Notes under the pieces: generated by a model | Told to the model about the DNA's origin: nothing | Seen by the model: the letters and a program-made list of their open reading frames with translations, nothing else | Database searches by the model: none | From: Yuukianura sp. NJ FZ-2021 | Taxonomy: Eukaryota | DNA length: 64,000 nucleotides | Reading direction: 5' to 3' | Assembly: GCA_046563655.1 (NCBI GenBank) | Contig: CM102283.1 | Location: forward strand, 1,364,001 to 1,428,000 | Shown here: one piece after another, positions 27,001-39,077 of the stretch | Layout of the letters: each line of letters begins with the position of its first letter | Numbering within the stretch: the stretch's first letter is position 1 | Made by a program: the position numbers and the translations under genes

Positions 27001-29222
27001 CTTCCAGATGAATGACAAACACCAACAGACATCAATCTCAACAGCTCTCGTCTCAATGTGAAAATGAACTTTTTGAAAAAAATTAGAAAGTTTTAAATTT
27101 CAAAGTTAACAAACAACCTGTTACTAGACAAAGTTTCCAAAAACCGGAAAACCGCGAATCCTCCTTGGCCAGTTCGTACCTCAAGTTTCTGAGCAAACTT
27201 TTCAACGAACTTCTCAAGTATGTTTTCATGAAAAACTTTTGTTTCAGTAATAATTAACTTCAAGACTTTGTGTTCCGTTCCATAGTTTTGTACAAAGAAA
27301 ACTTTTTCATAGCAAACAAGGTATAAATGCCAGAGAAAGTTTGAAATTCTGAGAAACAACGAAGAAGAAAGCAAGCGGAAAGTGAAAAACGAGAACCGTT
27401 TGTATTTTATACAAACGTAAAGTAAATTTTTAAAATTTTAAAAAGTAAAATTCCACGGGAAGTTGGGTTCTATTCATTCAAATGTTTGAGAGACTAAAGA
27501 CTGAGCCTAATGCCTCCTCAGCGTAACTGTTATTTCAAATTTCCGCTCGAGTAACCCGGGAAGCAGAAAGTGAACAAATTCAATCCGCTTCCTTTCACCC
27601 GCCTTTTCTCCAAGTTAGTTACTGAAATCATTCCAATCTTATTCCCTTTCTATTTCTACTTATGTACTCCCGTGTCCTTCATTTCCATAGACACAACGTT
27701 AGCAACCACAGCGTCATGATTTTAATCACGATTAAAATCACCAACTTTTCATCATTCCGTAGTCGCTTGAATTTCATCGATTACGACCAGTCGTTATTTA
27801 TTTTTTTTTAAAAAAAAGTGTTTTCGGATTTCCAGAAAACTCCTTATACGCATCGAGGGTGGGTTAAATGAAATCTTGGTATTTTTCTTTAATTTAAAAT
27901 TTTGATTATGTTAGAAAATGTTATTTAAGTTAGCTAAGCATAAACATTACGCTAACATTAATAACACCTTAGTGCATTTGTATAAATGGCCGCTATATAA
28001 ATCTTGCCTGTAGTGATTTAATCGACTTTTATCGATTAGAACACTTTTTTTTGTTGGAAATCGACTAAAAGTTAGAAATGAGAAAAACACAACCTAGCCT
28101 AACCTTATCCGGCTCTATTTCCTGGTATCGCAGGTTGTTGTCTGAAGTTTGATATGTCGAAACCTGATGTCAGAGAACTCAAACAATTCTGCAAATCCGC
28201 CATTCATCTCGTCCTTGACTTTCTACGCTCGCAGCGCTCTTCCAGACTCCGTGACCTACTTCATCATGGTTCAAAATCCAAACTCCCACGTAAAATTCGA
28301 GACATGAACAGGAGCCGGATTGACCTCCTGTGATGAGATCCAATCTCAGCACTTTCTCTCTTAAGAATGAAAGCCTTCCACTTTCTAATTACTTTTCTAC
28401 TTTTACTTTTCATGTTACTAAAAGAGTAACCCCGCTAAGATGAATCAATTTTAGTCACCATGAGCAACACCTACGCACTCCACGGTTTCCTTCCAGACTG
28501 TCCAGTTCAACCACAAAGACCATGCATACTGCATGTGCCGTTTTCTTTTCAGGTTAGGTTTATGTTAAGCTAAACCTGACATTTTCATCTAAATTGCACC
28601 AATTTTCTAATCAATCATCACCGCTACACTTTTCCAATTTATAAATTAACGGAAATCAATTTATCAAAAGTTCACTTGACTCTCAGCAACTAGCAACTCG
28701 CTACTCCGTGACCTTTTGACCTGAGACTTTCCAAATTGCAAAAAAAAAAATGATAAATCCTTTAGGTTATATGCAAAATGCATGGAAAAGTTGTGTTTCA
28801 AAAACTAGGAAATTACTGTTTTAATTGTAAACACTAGACTTAAAAGATTAAAATTCTGAGCGGAGTAATTAGAATGTACACGAGCAAAAAGCGAACAGTT
28901 AAGAACGAATTTAAAGAATTAAAATCTAATTAATCTTCCTCAAGATTACTCCAATTCGTATCTGAGAAGATCAAAAGACAAACGAGAAACGAGGACTAAA
29001 GAACTCTAAAAATACGCTGCAAAAAAGTCTACAGCTTAAAAAAAAAGTCTGAGTTGTAACGTCTTTAGAAAAAATTCGAATTACAAAACTTTTCCTATTA
29101 AAATTTCCACGAATAGCACAATCGTTTTTTTTCTAAAACTTTTGGTTCTTAATTTTTAAAATCTAACCTAGTTTTCGCTTACCTTTGCTCTCTCCTTGAT
29201 CTGGCGAAGACAAGCTATCCAT
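12078..29222 (-). CDS. PIK3R (p85/Pi3K21B-like): Class IA phosphatidylinositol 3-kinase regulatory subunit (p85-like), C1-SAM-C1-RhoGAP-SH2-iSH2-SH2, ~1007 aa
   Basis: Phase-consistent exons: 29183-29222, 21727-21978, 21588-21635, 21038-21198, 20815-20949, 17599-17932, 16707-16826, 14424-14853, 14176-14337, 13828-14085, 13477-13753, 13135-13382, 12830-13006, 12669-12756, 12493-12560, 12078-12303 (total 3024 nt). Motifs: two C1 fingers (H-x12-C-x2-C...C-x2-C-x4-H-x2-C-x7-C), SAM ([10 protein letters not shown]...IDGRKLL), RhoGAP ([11 protein letters not shown]), nSH2 ([30 protein letters not shown]), cSH2 ([10 protein letters not shown]). The first 40-nt exon is the least certain. Confidence 0.9.
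18452..18647. mobile_element. Non-autonomous hAT-type MITE (196 bp)
   Basis: Imperfect terminal inverted repeats (TIRs) CAGTGTGCTGGAT / ATCCAGCAACATTG. Perfect 8-bp TSD CAGGTATG at 18444-18451 and 18648-18655. Many internal GGATA/TATCC motifs. Confidence 0.85.
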
Positions 29223-32200
29223 GTTTTCCTATGTTTTTTTTTGAAATTCACGTTTTTTGAAACTTGTTAAATTTCGAAGAATTGGTCACTCGCCACTCGG
29301 TTCTCCATTGGTCGAAAAACTGGTCGCTTGTGTTCAAAACTGCAACTTTACTTGAAGTCTGAACTGTCAAGAGTCCACATTAACGTCTGCTTTTGTACCT
29401 CCAGCGTCTTCCTGTTGTTGTCCTCAATACTGCCAAAGTTTAATCGTTCTGCTGCTCTCCCTCTTCCATCTTTTGTGGATTCCCTTCAAGAAAAACAAAA
29501 TTCACTTTTTTAATTTCTTTGTTTGTCAAGTTTTCAAATTCTGAAATAGAATTTTCTTTGTTCTAAAAACTGGTTCACAGGTACAATGACACCACAAAAG
29601 TTACACTAAAGCCATTTGTTTTACCAGGTACGTGTCTCATTCAGAGAAGCTCAACTGCAACTGAAACTCCGAATTCTGCCACTACAAACACCGAGAACAC
29701 TCCAAGTTGAAGCAAAAAAAGCATAACGGGAAAATCTAAACAAATCCTGAGTCAGCCTAAACCTTGGAATTGGACGAAAGCGCAGACGCTGCATATCCTG
29801 GTGGCACAGTTACAAAAAAAATCACAAAGAAACTAAACTGAAAACTAAAATCTCGTAAGCATATAAAGCTTTCGAGGTCATTCAGACACAAAAAAAAAAA
29901 CTAAAGCCAAACACTATTGGTTTTGCTTGATGTTTGGGGTAACGCTAAACATTTAACTTCAATTTTTACTACTCACTTTGGGTGGGTTTTAGCCAGTTGA
30001 AATCGCTTTTTAATCATCACGCGTCTGCGTCCTACGCAACACATTTCATTTACGTTTACGCAAAACACTGTTTTGAATGGGCTAATGATAATAACAATTT
30101 TGCAATTATTGACATACGTTGGACGGGTTTAGCAGGTTGGGTTGGTTTTTATTTAGTTTGGTTATAGTATACTCATTGACGCAAAGCAAGGCAAACTGTG
30201 CGCATGTACAGTAAAACAGACTTTCCATGTTTTTGTTGTATCCGGGTATCGTAATACCCGGGTAGATTTGGAATGTTTTTGTTATCCCTCCACGTGTCCG
30301 TCATCAAGGACTTATGCATTCTACGTTTTTGTACAAACTTTGGTAGTTCGCTGGGTTAGGTTTTAGGTTAAGCTAAACCTAAACTTTTGTTACGCTGTTG
30401 GTGGCGTAATAAAAGTTTCTCATTAGCCGTTATTGGTGAACGGCCGTGAGACAACCGAAAGTAAACTTAATCAGAGCTGAGGATCAGCAGAATGACAAAC
30501 GGTCACGTTGTGACCAAATTTGGCAAAACACACCGAATTTGGAGTGACAGCCTCTGGGCCGTGTCCAGATTTTGCAGCTTTGGTTAGGCCATAAACCCAT
30601 TCACTATTGCCTTTTCCGTAAAACTTTTTCTGGATTCAACCGGTTTTTCCATTTCGGAAATTCCATTACTCTCGGATTCATCTAATCAAATAGTGTGCGA
30701 ATCTGATTCCTCTGAGAGTTTCATCAGAGTCACACGAACTCAAGTCAGAGTTCAAATGGAAAATGCGGGATCCCCCTCTGACTACAAATCAATTCCACGA
30801 GTGTAGTCAGACAAGAGAGAGTCTGTGGGGTCAGAGGTCACGAGACAGTTTAGTTGACAGTCTGACACCTCATCTCAAGAAAAAGTTATGCACAAACACA
30901 TAAATTCCTGTAGTTCTCAAAATAACATACCCATGAACCTACTGTTTTCGTCTGTCTTAGTCCTAGTCCAGTCCAAAGACCAAAGGTGTCATAAAATCGT
31001 GGTAATTTCTGAGATTGAATGAAATCGCGGATGTTTTATTGCTTCTTTGCTCTTGCTACAAAACAAGCGAACGATTGGCAACCACCTTCCTCCGGTTAAT
31101 TCGACTAGAATGTAAAACGAAAAAAACAAAAACAGTTTTACCACGCAGCGTATAAATCAAGTTCATTGACTGTAAAGAAAAGATGTCGAACGGACGGCAT
31201 ACCGGAAATCTGAACGAATTCAGTACGAACAGAGTCGCGGGAATGATATTTTTATCCAAAGATAACTTCCATGAAGCATGAAGTTATCTTTGTTAACTGG
31301 ATATGTTCGGCTTTCCATAAACTAAAAGCTTACATAACCAAAAAATTATTCAAACATACCATCGTAGGCACGCGTGTACGTTGAGTTGCGTAAACACTTT
31401 ATCAAAGTGGCAGTATTTTATGAGGTAGAGGTAGTCAGTGTGAAACCAGTAGTCGTAATCGCTGTCGACTAGCAGTCGACAGTCGGCTTATCTTTGTTAG
31501 TCATGCAGTTCAATGCCAACTTACTGTATTGAACCAATCAACTAAACTAGTTAAACCCTTACATATGCAGCATAGTTAGTGCGTTTCCGACAACGGGATT
31601 TCCGGTATCCCCATTGAAAGATGTTCTTATGACATTTTCACAAAGCGAAACTAACGTTCTTCCCACTTGGTTAAAACCGAGGAGACACTGTTAGTCAAGA
31701 GTAATTAAAAATTAACTTGTAAACACACATGTTTTTACGAGTCTCTTTAACTTTTACGGCACGGATACAGAGCACTTTATTGTTGTTTTTTTTTCTTCTA
31801 TTGTCGACTTGAATTTCGCGGTTTTGAGAATAAATCCATTGCAAAAATGAGTTGCAGTAACGGTTGACAACACTCATTGTAGCCGTCAATTGACAGTCTA
31901 GCATACTGTTACGTCCATCTTCGGTGGCTACACCTACATGGCAACTCGAGTAGACTCCTTAGCCTGACCTAACTTGAAGTGCCAACATTTGTTGTCACAC
32001 ATTAGTAGCCACCGATTGACCACTGTAGAAATGGCTACATTACGCAGGTGCAAGGTGGTGCTCAAGCCTTATTCCAACCACGCAAAGCAAAAACTTGTTT
32101 TTAAATTCACTTTGCGGTTTTCCCGCCATCTAGCCCCAGAAATTGTTCTCTTTTTCAGACTTATCTTGTATTGATTTGCGAAGCATAAAATCACGAGATG

Positions 32201-33079
32201 TCCCAAGCGACGACGCTCAAACATCGTTATGTACGCTTCATTTGAAACTTTTAGCACAATATTTCAGACTTTTGTGTATTTAAAAATTCACACTTGTATT
32301 GAAATTTCAGAAGTACAAAATAGATAAGGAAATTTTACATGTGGCAGAAAATTGGCAAAACATGGTTAATTGTTGTGATGGGTATTCATGTATTGAAAAA
32401 TGTATTTATGTTATTTAACACCTAACAAAAAATTCTAAAATTTCTACTAACAACACGGTGACAGAAATATTTTAAACAATTCTGCAATAACTGAAATGTT
32501 TCGTCGTTTCGTCTACTGTGCTCAGATTCTAAATGCCCGGGCTTTTAACGTTGACGTCCACTGGAACTGAAGTTGTTAACGTAACTTAACATTAACTTAA
32601 GCACCAACTTTGTAAAAGTTTTTTTTTTAAACTGAATTTGAGAAAGGAGAATTTGAACTTGTACCTTACAAGATTTATTTGGGCTTAATGGGCCCACAAC
32701 AGATTCATTTATTCCTCAAATTTCCTCCATTTATAAACCCATTTCCCATTCTAAAGTACTTTTTTTAAAAACAGAACACAGGACTCTGTTTTTAATGGAC
32801 TGGAGCTTTGGTGCTGGAAATTTTTCGTTTTCGAATGGAGTAGTACGCTTAATGCCTGTGCCTCGTCAGCTGTAGAATGCATAATGGAATTAATTCTGGG
32901 CGTTTTCCCACTGTGATCTTCCTTTTAAAACTTCAATATAAATTCCACACTGGGGGATTAGCACCACTCAAACCAAGTGGCCTAAGTGCGCCTCAGCCTC
33001 GTTAAGGCCTCACATAGTCACATTGGTTCGAACTTAAGTCAGGATAAACACGTACGGATGTTGCCGGACTGAATGTTGA

Positions 33080-33376
33080 TCAAGGTTTCTTGACAACCGA
33101 ATTGTCTTTCCTACAACAGGTTGTTTAATAACTCGTTGTTTTCAAAAATCTTGCTTCAAACAACTTTTTCCTCCAATTTTGACCCAATTTTTTTTTTCAA
33201 ACTAAATCACCTATGAATATAAAAAAAAAGTTGACAAAAGTGAAAAATTGTCATGCAAATGGAACACTTAAACCGTTTTCACTTTTCAAAAATTTCGCAC
33301 AAACTTGAAAAAAAAAACCGAGTTATTCGAAAACCTGTTGTAGCAAAAAAAACATTTTATTGTTTATGAACCTTGA
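33080..33376. mobile_element. Degenerate MITE with long imperfect TIRs
   Basis: Left arm TCAAGGTTTC...CTACAACAGGTTGTTTAATAACTCG pairs with right arm CGAGTTATTCGAAAACCTGTTGTAG...GAACCTTGA. The right flank is TA, consistent with Tc1/mariner; the left flank is GA. Confidence 0.65.
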
Positions 33377-36300
33377 TATTTATAGACTGAATAGTTGGGT
33401 GTAATTACATTGGTATGAGCTATTTGTACGGCCTCTCATGCTTTTAGTTTCAAATTAGGTTGAGTTAAGTCCGTCCATAAATGCCCGGTGCGATTTAAAA
33501 TGTTTCTAGCACATCCAGTGTTCCGTCCATAAGCGTCCGACAATTCTGAAACACACTTTCACTTTCGAATTCACCCACTTTCCCTTTATATTCCACTAAT
33601 CCATCCTCCATTCCACTTTTTAATTTTGAAACATACACGAACAACAGCCTCAAAAACCTTACAGTATGTAGTGTTGAACGACGCAAACTGAATTTTTAAA
33701 CATGAAAACTTAAATTCAATCTCACCGAAAAACCACCCGTATGCCATTCTCAAGCAGCTCAAACTGATTCCCAATTCAATACAAACCGTTTAATCCCGCT
33801 TTTACTTTTCAAATTTCCCGTAATCTTTTTGAAATTTCCACTTTTTTACGAACCTTATACATCCAAATTTATCAATTCAAAAGTATCACACAAAAATGGC
33901 GGGAAACAGATTTTAAAAAGCCTCGTGATATTCCGGGTTTAGTAAAGGCATTAGATAAGTGCTTAGAGTTAAAACGGGGGAGAAGTGAATTTCCAGATTT
34001 AAAAAATGGCTGGACGTAATTTATGATAATGCGTTTTAGAATTTTTGAAATTACAAGGTGCGGCATGACTCTTGTAACTCTTCGTACGAAACGATATGAT
34101 TTTTGAAATTTTAAAAAAAAAACGCTATATATTTTTTGAGTTTTGAAAAGGTGCGTAGTAATTTTTGAAATTTTGAAAACCAAGGTTTTTATTCAAATTT
34201 GGCCAGATCCGGACGATAACTTACAATCACTGGAGGAAGCAAGGTTCCTTGACAACAAAAAACAAAAGATTTTCTTTAAGAGTTTGAGTACTACCTCATT
34301 TGTTGACAAAACCATGAAAAAACAAAACAAAAATTGGTACCAATACGTTTGTAAAATTTAAAAAATTCGGCTGTTTTGTTATGACTAAACGATACTCTGA
34401 AGTGAAAGACACTCTTTTGCAAAATTCGGAAAAACATGAGGTATTACTCAACCTGTTAAAGAAATCAAAGTCAACAAACCTTGGGAGGAAGGGCGTTGGT
34501 AAGTTCATTACCGCCAAAATTCAAATAATATTTCACTCCATAATCCTATGGAAAAGAAAGTGCGCTATGAAAGCGAACCTGAAGTGGGCGCGCGGGAACT
34601 TTTGAAATTTTGAGATGATAGTGGAAGGCTAATCTTGAGAAATAGGAGGCGAACCAAGTGAGAATGGCGGCAAGGTTTAAATCAGATTTCGCTCCTTTTA
34701 TAACGAAGAATGGAATAATGGAAATTCCAAAGTGCAGTTCCTTACTTTACGAGTCCTTTTGACTCAAATTTCTCCATAACGGAAAATTGATTTCGGACGA
34801 TTCAAAAAACCAGCCACATGAAAATGTGCCATTTCGAGTCATTTCGAAAGCAATGCACGATTTGGAACCATATACAGAAAAAAAGTTGTTCCGCTGAAAA
34901 CGAAGAAAAAACTTGCAAAACGCAGCAACATCAAAATCCGTAACGCATAATCATTCCTTTTTATTTTCAAAATTGTACAAATATTTTCAAAATTGAAATT
35001 TTGGATTACCATAATGTTCCAATTTGTTTTCAATCAAACCGCGTGTTCAAAATTTCAAACATTTCAGCCTTTTTTAACTTCTTCCCAGATTTTTTTTTAA
35101 TTTTCAAATTCAAAAGGAAAGCAAATTCTCCAATTTTGTTTTCAAAATTCAACCGATATTGGTGCTGTTATTTGGGAGAACAATAAAATAATTTGCTCCG
35201 CCCCTTTTAAATTTTCAATAAACTTTAGTGCTGTGAAGAAAATTTTTGAAATTAAATTCCAATATTGAGTAGATTAACTTTTGTTTGATTTAGTGCATCA
35301 TTTTATAGGTTTCCTGTTCAGATTTTTGGAAACATGTTCATCAAAAACAGTCTATTTGGAAAAAGTTGCAACAATAATTGTTTCAAATTAAGTCCAATTG
35401 CTCAACTTAACGAAAAACCCACAAAAACTGTCAATGTTTGAAGAGAGTAGCTATGGATGTTTGGAGAAGAAGTAACTATCTTTCCTAATAATTTATCCTC
35501 ATTGGATCCACTTAACTATTTCTAACCAGTCCAAACTATCAGTCGTTTCTTCTTAATTTCCGACTTTTGTGTGTCAGACGTTTCAGTGGAATCGATCCAT
35601 CACTTTTTCCGGGGATTAGCCATCCCCCTCCCCCAATTATGCCTGCTGTTGGAATCAATTTAATTCAAATTATCCCGCCAATTTCTAACATCCTTTCTTT
35701 CTTTCCCAACTTTCACTCCTTTCAAACTTTTCCTTTTGTCAAACATAACGTATCCACCCAAGGTTGCTACGAAGGTACATATGATATGAATTTGTACAAG
35801 TGCATGGCCTAACATCTTCATTACTGACGATTACGACCTACCAAACATGTTTTGCTAACCTTTCATATTTGAAACGTCATTGGCCTTTTTTTGCAAGAGA
35901 TCATTGACCCCTAATACTAAAAGTCGTTCACTTTAGAAATATTGAGCCTAAATACCTAAATATTGAACAAATCAAATTGAAAAATTTGGATCTCATCTAG
36001 ATGCTTTTAGGGTCGGGAGTGGAGAAAAAGGACGGTTTTTGGTTTTTCTTTTCAGTTTTTCAAAATTTGGGGACAATTGTCACGGCGGCCGGCACAAAAA
36101 AATTGAGGTTTTGAAAGTCTTGACATTTGGACATGGAACAAAAAATGAAAAAAATGAGGTGGATTGAGAGATTGAGGCTGGACAGTACGCCGTACCACGG
36201 GTGAGGGGGGAGGGGGTGGGTTGAAATGGGTGAGGATTTTGAAAAAAGGGCGGGAAAAGCAGGGGAAGAGTGATTTGAAGAGGAAGAGAAAGCAGGAGGG

Positions 36301-38713
36301 GATTAATCTCTGTCAGACTTAAAACGGAGGTCATCCATTCCATTTTTCTTGACCCGAAGAGGGAAAGCAGAAGTGAAAGGAAAAGTGAAGTCAAGATGAA
36401 ACAAAGTCTGGAACAAAATATGAGAATTGTTAGTTCTTTTATTTATTATTTTTTTGTTTTTTGGCGGGAAAAGACAAAAGTCCAATTATGAAGAGAAACA
36501 AAAGTTAAGAAAAGAGAAAGTAATAAAGGGAGTGTCTGTTGGTTGTGATTGCAGGGGCAAAGTGAGACAACTGAGACTTCTTAGGAACAGCCTAACTCAA
36601 CGGTTAGCCCGTTAGGTTTAAGGGAAGAAGGTGAGGCTATGACCTATTCCTCAGAAAGAGCGGAAACCTCACGCCGTGCAGATATATCAAAGAACACAAG
36701 TCAGCTGCCTGATTATTGTAAAATCCCAACCTCAAAATGAGGGTTTGGAAGAGATACTTCGTGATCAGACTGCCAGAAAAACCAAAAAGTGAAAGCGGGA
36801 ACAAAAGGCTCAAATACTTTCTCTTTTCTTAAAACACAAGGACGTTCCTCATCTTTATTTCGCCAGTGTTAAAGTGTTCATCCTCCAGTGAAGCTGCCGG
36901 GGATCGCATCTTCGTGGGTTCCAGATTTTTTTTGTTCAGTTTTATAACAAAGTTGAACTAAATTTCAAGAAAAATTTGAATTTCGGTGATCGATGTTTAG
37001 AAATTGTAAATTCAACCATTTTATACTTCCCAAGGCTAGGAGTTGGCGGGGTTTATAAAATTTACCAAAAGTTAAAAAAAAAATTTTGGTTGATCAAGCG
37101 AAAGGGTTCACTAAATAGCTGATTTAGAGAATTCTGAACCCGTTTTATCTAAAATTTTGAAATTTTGAAATTTGGGCTGGGGAAATCATGACGATGGTGC
37201 CCACGAACCCTGCCGCCCAATTTCTTAACTTTGTTCGTGCTGTCGTCCCTGCCGTGCCTCCACAAATACTTTGAACATCACCTATCTTTTTCCTCGCAAA
37301 AAGACTTTGGAAGAAGAAGTTTAAGTTTCTTCGGCGGTAGAAGATGAGTTAGGAGGAACATGGGGAGAGATTAGTGGCTTTCGGGAAATCATGTCACCGA
37401 AAAACCTTCATCCCCCAACACACATTAACTATTTCACTAACGTTGTAAACCAACGTTTCAAAAAAAATAAAACAATTGATGTTAAAAAATTTAATGTAAA
37501 ACAAAGTTTCCAGAAGTACAAAATCTACACATTAGAAGACCTGAAATGAGGAAAAAACGTTTTGGCGCGAAGAAAACTTTACAATTTTTTAAATTGAAGC
37601 TATTAATATTCCTTTACTTTTATTGGACATGGATTTGTGGCACCCCCCCCCCCCTCGCGTGCGTAAGGTTTTGTTAGGGGGGGGGTCTTGAGAAGGTGGG
37701 GGGTGAGGTGAAAGCGGCTAAACAAATTATAAAGTTGTGACATTTGTTTGATTTATGGAGAGACTGGAGAAAGTTGTTTAGAAAATAAATAGAAACGGAA
37801 GCGAATGAAGGGGATGAAACTTTCTCTTTTTAAAAAACAGTTTTCTTCCCACCTTTTCTTGAGGCAGGAGGACCAAATAAAAGTAACTCTTCCACTTTCA
37901 AAATTTTGTCTTGTTTCAAATTTTGTTCCGTTTCGAATTGTAGTCTTGCCGCTCTCTCTGTCTCTTTTGCATGATTAGATGTCAGGTTGTGTTTGGAAGA
38001 CAACTCAATTCTGTCTGCACTGAAGCGAAAAGAAAAGAAAAAAAGGAACAGAAAGACAACTTTCACCTTTCAAATCACTTTCTTTCTGCTCCAGAACTCT
38101 GGAACGCAATAAAATGGTTCCAGTGAAAGCGATTCAGCGTTAGGACAAAGCGAATCAGCGATCCACTTCGACTTCATGTCAGACCAGCACAATTGTAGCC
38201 CATCATCATCGTCTGAAGCTCTTGAGGAAGCAGCAGGACGGAAAAGACAAGTACAATATGAGAAATGATTAATCAACTTTTATTTCACTTTTGGTTGGAA
38301 AATTTTCCCGCGTTTTTTTATTTCAAGTAAAAGCTAAGTGAAATTTGGGGGTCGGAGGGCAGGAGGAGGGGTTGAGAGAGGAATTTAATTTGCGGGAAAA
38401 AGAAGAGGCTTCTCGAAATTTGAATAGTTGAGGATAACTTTTTGCGGGAAAACAGGGAAAGTCATTCCATTTGAACCAAATGGTCCGAAAAATGAGGTTC
38501 GTTGGAGCACGATTTGTCGTGATCACACGGACGGTGAGAGCGTGTTTCACAGAACATAAACGATGAAGCCTGAAGTCTTTAAAGTCTTAACAAGGTATGT
38601 TAGCAAGTTTTCAAAATTTGAAATTTTGAGCCAAATTGTACTTTATTTTAGGCGTTGAGAGACTTGTTTTTACGTGCCAACTGAATAAGTTTTTGGAGAA
38701 AGTCGATGAAAGT

Positions 38714-39077
38714 GGTACTCAAAACATGTTTGGATGCACAAGGGAAATGTGCTAATTGGAAATGACAAGAGTCAAAGACGTGATTTTAGATCGCGCGGTG
38801 CTGGAAATGTCATTGACCGCTTCCAATACCGGTCAGATACCGTTTCGCGTACCGCTGGAATGCCGTCTCGCGTACCGTTGCAGCACGGCTTCAACGACTT
38901 CGCACGTACGTTTTGGGTATCTTCAAATATCATTCGCATATATCACACACCGTTGATATATTTTGTAAATTAAGTAAATTGTCCAATGACTGATTTGTCC
39001 ATAATTTGAGTACCGTTTTGGTACCGTTCCGGTACCGTTTCAAATACGGAATAATCATGAACGGTTTTTACGTAGTG
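38714..39077. mobile_element. Probable DNA-transposon remnant
   Basis: Inverted GGTACTCAAA (38714) / TTTGAGTACC (~39005-39014), repeated TACCGTT motifs, and a right end ...TTTTTACGTAGTG whose reverse complement begins CACTAC (CACTA-like). No matching left CACTA terminus found. Confidence 0.35.
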
